In this document: piece after piece, positions 16,544 through 24,372 of the stretch
Layout: the number at the start of each line of letters is the position of its first letter
Position numbering within the stretch: position 1 is the stretch's first letter
From: Candidatus Azophilus sp.
Lineage (GTDB): Bacteria > Pseudomonadota > Gammaproteobacteria > Pseudomonadales > Azotimanducaceae
DNA: 64,000 nt
Assembly: GCA_965220425.1 (NCBI GenBank)
Contig: OZ244830.1
Span: 2,488,468 to 2,552,467, forward strand
Direction of reading: 5' to 3'
Notes under the pieces: model-generated
Seen by the model: the letters and a program-made list of their open reading frames with translations, nothing else
Databases searched by the model: none
Told to the model about the DNA's origin: nothing
Program-made: the position numbers and the translations under genes

Positions 16544-16852
16544 GCCCGCATCGCTCACCAACTTCCTGCTGCGGACGCCGATGCACTCGCGTAAGCGCGG
16601 CCGTGCGGTCTGTATGCGAGGGGTGCCCCCTCGCGCTCCCCGGCTGAGCCTTTGCATGCGAAGGGTGCCCCCTCGCGCTCCCCGGCTGAGCCTTTGCATG
16701 CGAAGGGTGCCCCCTCGCGCTCCCCGGCTGAGGGCTCTCTCCGGGCGCCTTGACGTACTGTCGAGTACGCCGGCGGCCCCCTGCGGTCCGCGCGACCACG
16801 CTTACACGGCGCCTCGACGCCCTCGCGGCGAAAGTTGGTGAGCGATGCGGGC
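16544..16852. mobile_element. 309-bp element bounded by a perfect 21-bp inverted repeat (MITE/REP-cluster-like)
   Basis: gcccgcatcgctcaccaactt at 16544..16564 is the exact reverse complement of 16832..16852. It is intergenic, between the divergent crotonase and cytochrome genes. Confidence 0.6.
16614..16732. repeat. tandem repeat, 2.8 copies of a 42-bp unit, each unit containing a GC hairpin
   Basis: The unit atgcga(g/a)gggtgccccctcgcgctccccggctgagcctttgc starts at 16614, 16656 and 16698. Each unit holds the GCGAGGGG..CCCCTCGC stem. Confidence 0.9.
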
Positions 16853-16901
16853 TAGCCCGGCAGATATCCCCGACGGTCGACCCGGCGCCTGATGTGGACA
16901 T

Positions 16902-19112
16902 GTGCGAATGCGGGGGGTGAGCGTCGGCGTCTGGATCGCCTGCTGCCTGTTGGCAGGGTGCGGCAAGGCGCCGGAACCGCGAGGCGATCCGGCTGCCGCG
17001 GTCTCCGAATACGTCGGTTCCGATCGTTGCGGGGAATGCCACGGGCCGGTATTCGAGGCCTGGTCGGGTTCTCATCATCAGCGCGCCATGATGCGGGCGA
17101 CGGAAGCGTCCGTGGCCGCCGATTTTGGCGGCACTTCCTTTGAGCACGGTGGTGTGCACTCATCCTTCAGCCGGCGCGGGGACCGCTTCGCCGTGCTCAC
17201 CGAGGGGCCTGAAGGCGGCATGGGTGAGTTCGATGTGCACTTTACGTTCGGCGTTGAGCCGTTGCAGCAGTACCTGCTGCAGTTGCCCGGAGGACGTCTG
17301 CAGGCGTTCGGCATCGCCTGGGATACGGCGGGGGAGCGATGGTTCCACCTGCAACCCGAGGACGGGGTCCGCCACGACGATCCGCTGCACTGGGCGGGGC
17401 GGGATTACACCTGGAACTTCATGTGCGCGGATTGCCACTCCACCGGTGTCAGAAAGGGGTACGATCCCGGTACCGGCACGTACGGCACGGAGTTTGCCGA
17501 AGTGTCGGTGGGTTGCGAAGCCTGCCACGGGCCGGGCTCACGGCACGTCGCCTGGGCCGCGGCGCCGGTCCAGGACTCCGGGGCATACGACTCTTCGCCA
17601 GAGCCCAGGATGGAACCGGGCCTCCTCAAGCTCGACGCGCAAGCCGAGCAGATCAACAGTTGCGCACCCTGTCACAGCCGGCGTACGCAACTCGCCGACG
17701 GCTATGCGCCGAACCGGCCTTTCCTCGATTACTACCTGCCGTCGCTGCTGGAGCCGGGGCTTTACGAGGCCGACGGACAGATTCTCGAAGAGGTCTACGT
17801 GTACGGATCGTTCCTGCAGAGCCGGATGTTCGCGCGTGGCGTCACTTGCGGGGATTGCCACGAACCTCATTCCGCGCAACTTGTTGCGCAAGGCGACGCG
17901 CTCTGCACAGGCTGCCATAACGAGGCGGGCCACCCCGGCTTTCCGACCTTGAGGCTCACCGATTACGACACGCCGGATCATCATCTGCACCGTGCCGGCA
18001 GTGAGGGTTCACGGTGCGTGTCGTGTCACATGCCGGAGCGGACCTACATGGTGCTCGACGACCGGCGTGACCATGGCTTCCGCATCCCGAGACCCGATCT
18101 GACCGTCACCCTGGGCATTCGCAACGCCTGCAACGGCTGTCACGACCACCGCGCTGCCGAGTGGGCTCGCGATGTGCTCGCCCGGCAATTCGGAGCGAAG
18201 GAAGACGCGCACTTCGCTGCGGTGATCGCGGCAGCGCGGAGCGGCCGGCCGAGGGTGGCGGGGGCTCTCGCAGCGGTAGCGCAGGATACGGATCGAGCGG
18301 CCATCGTCCGTGCGACCGCATTCGCCCTGATGGATTCTTACGATGACGCCGGAACTGCGCTTGCGCTCGAGAAAGGGCTGCGCGACCCGCATGCGCTGGT
18401 ACGGATCGGCGCGTTGCGCGGCGCCGCCCGGTTCGCACCGGCAAGCTTCCGGCACCGGGCCGGGCACCTGCTCGATGACGACTATCGGGCGGTGCGCACC
18501 GAAGCGGCCCGGCTGCTTGCGGGGGCATTTGCCGGCCTGCGGGATACGGACGGCGAGAAGTCCCGCTTTCTCGAGGTGCTGGACGAGTACCTGGACACCC
18601 AGCGATTCAACGCGGATCGGCCGGAGGCTCATACGAACATGGCGAGTGCGTTCGTGGCGCTCGGTGATCCCGAACGTGCCGAAGCGGCGCTCCAGGCTGC
18701 CCTTGGCCTTTCCGCGGACTGGGTAGGTGCGCTCGTCAACCTGGCGGACCTGTATCGCGCAACGAACCGCGACCGGGCCGGGGGCGAACTGCTCGAGCGC
18801 GCATCCGTGCTGGCGCCCGACTCGGCCGAAGTCAAGCTGGCCCGGGCGCTGTGGCTGGTCAGGCAGGGCCGCCACCCCGACGCGCTGGCGCTGCTTGCCG
18901 AGGCGGTGGAACTGGCGCCGGACCATTCGCGCTATGCCTATGTCTACGCGGTGGCGCTGCACTCCAGTGGCGAATCGGTGCGGGCTATCGCCGTGCTGGA
19001 CCAGGCGCTGAAACGCCGCCCGGGGGACGGGGACCTGCTCCGCGCCGCTGCCGGTATCGCGCGGGACAGCGGCGATGACGCAAAGATGCGTCAGTACGTC
19101 GAGCAACTCTAG
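16902..19112 (+). CDS. octahaem c-type cytochrome fused to a HEAT/TPR repeat domain, lipoprotein
   Basis: Lipobox CCLLAGCG. Eight CXXCH sites: CGECH, CADCH, CEACH, CAPCH, CGDCH, CTGCH, CVSCH, CNGCH. The C-terminal half has TPR-like repeats. The start is GTG 16902 or ATG 16908. Confidence 0.85.
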   Translation: MRMRGVSVGVWIACCLLAGCGKAPEPRGDPAAAVSEYVGSDRCGECHGPVFEAWSGSHHQRAMMRATEASVAADFGGTSFEHGGVHSSFSRRGDRFAVLTEGPEGGMGEFDVHFTFGVEPLQQYLLQLPGGRLQAFGIAWDTAGERWFHLQPEDGVRHDDPLHWAGRDYTWNFMCADCHSTGVRKGYDPGTGTYGTEFAEVSVGCEACHGPGSRHVAWAAAPVQDSGAYDSSPEPRMEPGLLKLDAQAEQINSCAPCHSRRTQLADGYAPNRPFLDYYLPSLLEPGLYEADGQILEEVYVYGSFLQSRMFARGVTCGDCHEPHSAQLVAQGDALCTGCHNEAGHPGFPTLRLTDYDTPDHHLHRAGSEGSRCVSCHMPERTYMVLDDRRDHGFRIPRPDLTVTLGIRNACNGCHDHRAAEWARDVLARQFGAKEDAHFAAVIAAARSGRPRVAGALAAVAQDTDRAAIVRATAFALMDSYDDAGTALALEKGLRDPHALVRIGALRGAARFAPASFRHRAGHLLDDDYRAVRTEAARLLAGAFAGLRDTDGEKSRFLEVLDEYLDTQRFNADRPEAHTNMASAFVALGDPERAEAALQAALGLSADWVGALVNLADLYRATNRDRAGGELLERASVLAPDSAEVKLARALWLVRQGRHPDALALLAEAVELAPDHSRYAYVYAVALHSSGESVRAIAVLDQALKRRPGDGDLLRAAAGIARDSGDDAKMRQYVEQL

Positions 19113-19222
19113 CCCGCATGGTGACGCACAGGCTCCGGGAGTGAATCTACGCCCTCCCTCCCAAGGCAAGCGACTTCGGCTTTCTCATCTTGGTTGGCGC
19201 TAAATTCTCACCTCGATTGACG

Positions 19223-19747
19223 CTGACCGTGGCGGAAATCACCGCTGCCGGCGGCACTGCCATGGCGGTGGCGTGCGATGTTTCAAGCCGGGAAGAAATG
19301 CAGGGCCTGGTTGAAGCCGCACTCAATGCCTAGGACAAGCTCGATATCCTGGTCAACGTCGCGGCCAACTGCATGACCCAGGCATCGATGACGCGCATGG
19401 CCGACTCGTACTACCCGGAAGCCGAGATCAAGCCCAGCGAGGCCGCGCCGCCGGATCAGCGGCCCGACACGGTTCCGCCGCTCGTCGTGTATCTCGCCTC
19501 GCCGGCCGCCTCCCACATCAGCGGTCGCGTCTTCGGTTCCTACGGTTACCGTTACATCCGTTGGAGCGAGCCCCGCCACGAGGCCTTCCTCGAGAGCAGG
19601 GACAACGGACCCTGGGACCTCGACCACGTCTTCGCGCGTTTCGATGAGACCCTGGGCCAGGGCCTGGCCCTGGACAAAGACCTGCAATGGCCCATGCAGA
19701 GCCTCGATCAGCAAGCGGGTACGGCCGGCATTGACGACCTGCAGTGA
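19223..19747 (+). pseudogene. short-chain dehydrogenase/reductase remnant
   Basis: There is an in-frame TAG at 19331..19333 between EITAAGGTAMAVACDVSSREEMQGLVEAALNA and DKLDILVN. It has no TGxxxGxG N-terminus. Only about 40 aa separate the NNAG-like block from the C-terminal PPLVVYLASPAASHISG block, so the S...YxxxK segment seems to be deleted. Confidence 0.6.
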
Positions 19748-19758
19748 GGCGTTGCGGG

Positions 19759-20588
19759 GGCGCTGTCAGAGAAAACGGGCTTGAACCGGGATGAACGCTC
19801 TCGTAGCCTGCGGCAATGAACAATCCCTTTCGATATTTCAATAGCTCGCCCGAGGTCATCCGACTCGCAGTGATGATGTACATCCGCTATCCGCTGTCGT
19901 TACGTCAGGTCGAGGACATCCTGTTCGAAGGTGGCATCGACATCTGCCACGAGACGGTGCGTTACTGGTGGAACCGGTTCGGCCCCATGTTCGCCAGTGA
20001 GATCAGGAGGCGTCGTGTGGACGGGCGCAACTGGTCAAACTGGCGCTGGCATCTTGACGAGGTGTTTGTTCGCATTGGCGGTGAGAGGCATTACCCGTGG
20101 CGCGCTGTCGATCACGAAGGGGAGGTGCTCGACGTGTTTGCTACGAAACGTCGGGATCGCCGGGAGCGCTGAAGTTTTTGAAGCGCACGATGAAACGCTA
20201 CGGTCGGCCCTGGTCAATCGTGACCGATCGCCTTCCGTCGTATCGAGCCGCGATGCAGGGGCTCGGAAATTCTGGGCGGCAGGCATGCGGGCGCTGGCTG
20301 AACAACCGGGCCGAGAATTCGCATCAGCCGTTTCGAAGGCGGGAAGGGGCGATGGCGCGGTTCAGGGACATCAAGACTCTGCAGAAGTTCGCCGCTGTCC
20401 ACGCCTCGATTCACAACCATTTCAAACACGAACGTAATCTCGCCTCTCGCGACATTTTCAAACAGAGATGTTGCATGCAACATCTTTGTTTTACCGGGCC
20501 GCTGCCCTGGCCGAGTGGCGCCAACTCGCAGCCTGAGAGTCCTCGATTGCGGGTTTGACAGATCCGGATAATTTATTCTGACAATGCC
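19759..20588 (+). mobile_element. IS6-family insertion sequence (830 bp), decayed
   Basis: Terminal inverted repeats are GGCGCTGTCAGAGAAAA (left) and the reverse complement GGCATTGTCAGAATAAA (right). The size and single transposase gene are typical of IS6/IS26-like elements. Confidence 0.85.
19816..20536 (+). pseudogene. IS6-family transposase with at least two frameshifts
   Basis: Frame 1 reads MNNPFRYFNSSPEVIRLAVMMYIRYPLSLRQVEDIL...TKRRDRRER*. It continues in another frame from about 20160 (ALKFLKRTMKRYGRPWSIVTDRLPSYRAA...NNRAENSHQPFRRRE). The expected tail AAALAEWRQLAA* is in a third frame, after a 20-bp palindrome. Confidence 0.8.
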
Positions 20589-20740
20589 TCCCAACCATAA
20601 CTAACGCCGACGGTTGATCAGAAGCGTCTATTGGCCCTTGAAAGACCGTTGCGCTTCTTTCTACGGCGCCGTAAGGCAAGTATGGTATCAATCGCCAAGC
20701 AGTCTCTAACTTCAGTTCGCGAAATCGGACAATGTAGCAA

Positions 20741-22475
20741 GTTCCTGTCCGTAAATTCCTAACGAATTGATTTTATTGAATAAATGGGCTGTTTAGGTGG
20801 CGTAAAACCGGCGTTTCGGCTATCCTGTGTTTTCGCTTTATCAATAAAAACACTGGAAAAACCGAAACACCGGAGGTCGCAATGCGCGCAAAACGCACCG
20901 CTCAAATCAGTCTATTCGATCCCCAAGCCCTTGACCACCCCGTCGCCGACGAACTGGAATGGGCGTCCGCGTGGCTCGACGCGCACCCCAAATTGCTCGA
21001 CCTCATCGCCGCCGACCTCGATGGCGGGGCGGGATCGAGCCTGGGCCGTCACGGCCTGACCGGCGAGACGGTGCTGCGCTGCGCGGTGCTTATGCATCTG
21101 CGCGGCGAGAGCTACCGGGGACTGGCGTTCGCGCTGGTGGACTCGCTCTCGGCGCAACGCTTCGCGCGGCTGGACCCGGCGCGGCGGCCGCCGGGGAAAT
21201 CGGTGTTGCAGGCCGCCGTCGGGGCGGTCGGCGCGGCGAGTTGGGAAGCGATCAACCGAACCTTGCTGGAGATGGCGCGCGCCTCAGGGGTCGAGACGGG
21301 GGATCGGGTGCGCATCGATTCCACGGTGACCGAGACGCACATCCTTGAGCCCTCGGACAGTCGGCTGCTGTTCGACGGGGTGCGCGTGTTGACGCGGCTG
21401 TTGGGCCAGGCGCGCGACGAGTTGGGGGCGGCGGCGGTGGACTTTCACGATCATTGCCGGGGGGCCAAGCGGCGGGCGCTTGAGGCGGGCTCGCAACGTG
21501 GGGCCGAGCGGCGTGCCAAGACCTACCGGAAGCTGTTGAAGCTGACCGGACGGACGGTGGCTTACGTCGAGGCGGCGTTACCGGCGGTGGCGGCGGCGGA
21601 GGCGCCCTGGAGCCGGGGTTGGGTCGAGACCGCGACGGCCTATCTCGATTTGCTGGGCCGGGTGACGGAGCAGACCGAACGGCGGGTGTTCGGGGGCGAG
21701 ACGGTGCCGGCGGGAGAGAAGGTGGTGAGCCTGTTCGAGCCGCACACGGACATTATCGTCAAGGGCGGCCGCGGCACGCATTACGGGCACAAGATCAACC
21801 TGGCCACGGGACGCAGCGGGCTGGTGCTCGACGTGGTGGTGGAGGACGGCAACCCGGCGGACAGCGCGCGCTGCCTGCCGATGCTCGGGCGGCACATCGA
21901 GCATTACGGCGTGGCGCCGTCGCGGGCCGCCTTCGACGGCGGCTACGCCTCGCGCGAGAATCTCAAGGAGGCCAAGGCGCTGGGCATCGAGCATGTCGTG
22001 TTCCACAAGAAACGCGGCCTGAAGGTCGAGGACATGACCCGCTCGCCGTGGCTGTACGGGCAACTCAAGCGCTTCCGCGCCGGCGTCGAGGCGGGCATCT
22101 CCTATCTGAAACGGTGCTTCGGCCTGGGGCGTTGCCTCTGGCGCGGCTTGCCGCGCTTCAAGGCCTACGTCCAATCGGCGGTGTTCGCCCACAACCTGAT
22201 GCGCCTGGTTCGCCTGCATCCCAAGCCGGCCTGACGCCGCTGTCCGCCATCGCCCCTGACCGGTTGCAGCAACCGGCGCCCGACCGTGCCCGTCTGCTCG
22301 CAACCGGCGGCCCGGCCGCCGCAACGGAACCCCGCGGCCGCGGCAATGACCGGTCGGTCGAGGCCCGAAGAGGCCGACTCGAATTTTTTGTCCGCCGGAC
22401 CGCCTCCTGTGAGATACTTCGCGGTCGCTTTCCCCCAGCCCCAATTCCTGAAATTCCGACTTTACGGACAGGAAC
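20741..22475 (+). mobile_element. intact DDE-transposase insertion sequence (1735 bp; IS5/ISNCY-like) with a 6-bp target duplication
   Basis: The 15-bp perfect terminal inverted repeat is GTTCCTGTCCGTAAA (20741..20755, and reverse complement at 22461..22475). TAGCAA occurs at 20735..20740 and 22476..22481. Confidence 0.8.
20882..22234 (+). CDS. DDE transposase (ISNCY / IS5-related family)
   Basis: 450 aa starting MRAKRTAQISLFD, with RIDSTVTETHILEPSDSRLLFDG (first D region) and C-terminal YASRENL...ISYLKR motifs. GGAGG lies 6 nt upstream of the start. Confidence 0.85.
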   Translation: MRAKRTAQISLFDPQALDHPVADELEWASAWLDAHPKLLDLIAADLDGGAGSSLGRHGLTGETVLRCAVLMHLRGESYRGLAFALVDSLSAQRFARLDPARRPPGKSVLQAAVGAVGAASWEAINRTLLEMARASGVETGDRVRIDSTVTETHILEPSDSRLLFDGVRVLTRLLGQARDELGAAAVDFHDHCRGAKRRALEAGSQRGAERRAKTYRKLLKLTGRTVAYVEAALPAVAAAEAPWSRGWVETATAYLDLLGRVTEQTERRVFGGETVPAGEKVVSLFEPHTDIIVKGGRGTHYGHKINLATGRSGLVLDVVVEDGNPADSARCLPMLGRHIEHYGVAPSRAAFDGGYASRENLKEAKALGIEHVVFHKKRGLKVEDMTRSPWLYGQLKRFRAGVEAGISYLKRCFGLGRCLWRGLPRFKAYVQSAVFAHNLMRLVRLHPKPA

Positions 22476-23805
22476 TAGCAAGGTTTTCTGAAAAGTTCGG
22501 ACTCATTCGAAAAACGTGCTTTCGACCGGCTGTTGCGCTATCCAAGAATCCGAAATCGACCAGACCTTTAATGTCTTTTCTCGCTGTAACGTAAGTTACA
22601 CCATGGGCGTGTCGGTGACCTTCAATCGCATATACAAATTCAGGCCTCTTTACCATGTGCGCCAATAGGTCCTTCTGTCGGTGATTTAAGACGTGAGCTA
22701 GCCCTCCGGTTAGAAACATTTGCTCTAGCCGCTTTGTTTCTCTGACCTTGTTCGCCAGATACTTGTGTAGTGCGTCAATACAGCGCCTTATGATACGAAG
22801 GTTGTAGTCCAGAAAATACGTAACGTCATTGTCGTCAGTTTCTGTATATAGGTAAGCTCTTGCATAAGAAACTGCAGATTTTCGAATTAGGCTTGAAATT
22901 GAAATGAATTCTATCAGCCAATAGTTAGATCTAGCCATTGACCAATAGAACAGAGCACGAGCTGTGCGCCCGTTGCCATCCACAAAGGGATGTTCGTACC
23001 CAATCATGAAGTGAAGAATTATCGCCTTCAAAACAGGATGAACGAAGGGTTGCTCATTTGACGCATTTGCGAACGTGATCAATCGATCTATTCTTTGGGG
23101 CAATAGTTTCGCATCCGGTGGTGTGTGGAGTACATTGTTCTCCATATCGACGACTTCCACTTTCTCGTTGGGGTGTCTGAATCTGCCAACATCGTTAGGG
23201 TTTGTGAGAGTATTCTCGGTAACTAATTCTTGAATTTTCAACAGCATATGAGTAGATAGATCTTCACCCTTGTGCTCTCGAATAAACAACATGGTTTTGT
23301 AGTTGTTCAGGATCATTTGCTCGCTAGTGTCTCTGGGCGACCGTCCAGACCTAATCAGTTCTTTGGCAACTTCGCGAGTAGTTGCAGCACCCTCCAATTG
23401 ACTTGATGTTATGGCTTCTTCAATCACAGATCTGATGATGTGGCGTTTTCGAGTACCAGCACTGGCAATATCTTCTGAGGGCACTTCGATGTGGCCGGTA
23501 GCGTCGCTGTCGATCTGCTGCAACTTTTGGTGTAAGGCACCGTGGTCGTAAAACGAAAACGGGATGCCTTGCGTATCCTCAAGTGGGAGAAGTTGACGAT
23601 TGCTGGACCTGGAGAGTTTTTTGGCAAGCCACCATTCGTGAAGGGAATAGCCGGGAGGCGGTTGGCGGTGGCGCAGAGCATCCCAATGTAGATATCTGTC
23701 TTTGGGTATACTGCCGATTGCAGACGAGATCAGTTCGAACAGTTTTTTTGACTCGGCAGACTCTACTAGCTGCTCAATTGGTGGGGGTCGGTCTGGAATT
23801 CGCAT
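22462..23805 (-). CDS. Fic family protein (class II, internal inhibitory helix), 3' end altered by IS insertion
   Basis: The Fic active-site motif is HPFVDGNGRTARAL. The inhibitory motif SSQLEG, of form (S/T)xxxE(G/N), lies upstream. It has a winged-helix-like C-terminus. GC is far below the window average. The last 4 codons and the stop come from the IS terminus. Confidence 0.9.
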   Translation of the reverse strand: MRIPDRPPPIEQLVESAESKKLFELISSAIGSIPKDRYLHWDALRHRQPPPGYSLHEWWLAKKLSRSSNRQLLPLEDTQGIPFSFYDHGALHQKLQQIDSDATGHIEVPSEDIASAGTRKRHIIRSVIEEAITSSQLEGAATTREVAKELIRSGRSPRDTSEQMILNNYKTMLFIREHKGEDLSTHMLLKIQELVTENTLTNPNDVGRFRHPNEKVEVVDMENNVLHTPPDAKLLPQRIDRLITFANASNEQPFVHPVLKAIILHFMIGYEHPFVDGNGRTARALFYWSMARSNYWLIEFISISSLIRKSAVSYARAYLYTETDDNDVTYFLDYNLRIIRRCIDALHKYLANKVRETKRLEQMFLTGGLAHVLNHRQKDLLAHMVKRPEFVYAIEGHRHAHGVTYVTARKDIKGLVDFGFLDSATAGRKHVFRMSPNFSENLASSCP

Positions 23806-23810
23806 GCTAG

Positions 23811-23851
23811 CTATATAGTTTTTCCAATACTATACAACAAACTATATAGTT
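23811..23851 (-). promoter_or_regulatory. two copies of AACTATATAG (palindromic core CTATATAG) 31 bp apart, immediately upstream of the Fic start; possible operator
   Basis: CTATATAG occurs at 23811..23818 and 23842..23849. The first copy ends 6 nt from the start codon. Confidence 0.3.
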
Positions 23852-24372
23852 GCTTTCGCTCAGCAGTCAATCATTCGAATTGATTCAAATTCGAAATCAG
23901 CTTTTCCCCAACGTCCAAGCGTGTTGTAAATCAAGTCATGGACAATAAGTGTAAAAAGTTTTTATAATACAGCTACTTAGTTTGATATCTCCTGCTCGAT
24001 CCCACCGCAAGCGGCCACCAGGTTAGTAGTGTCGATCGATTGACAGTGTGGGCAAATTCTCGGAATCAAATTCATGGTTTTTCATTATTGATTCGCGATA
24101 GAAATAATATCGCTGAATTCTCGCGCAATCTTGTTCCGACCCGGAACGATGCTTGTGTCGAATACTGTAACTTAGGCGCATAAGCCGTTTCGGCAGGGGA
24201 TCGTTCACACAGCGCTGCGACAGGCGGTCCATCGGTGGCCTGCGCCATGACTGTGCATCGGCGTCTAACGTCGACCCTGGCGATACTTTTGAAATCAATA
24301 AGTTGACGCGCCGATCGGCGTCCAATCCCCACGCCGATTCACAGGCCGCGGAACAGGCAACGCAGATTCCCG

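Noticed and set aside
16614-16732. Possible CRISPR array.
   Set aside because: The 42-bp repeats are directly contiguous with no spacers. There are only 2.8 copies and no cas genes in the window.
16323-17159. 278-aa minus-strand ORF containing the repeated peptide SARGHPSHAKAQPG.
   Set aside because: The peptide repeat is simply the translation of the 42-bp DNA tandem repeat. The ORF also overlaps the cytochrome gene start in antisense. It has no coding signature.
19191-19215. GGCGCTAAATTCTCA as a possible extra IS6 inverted repeat left of the SDR remnant.
   Set aside because: Only the first 6 nt match the IS6 termini.
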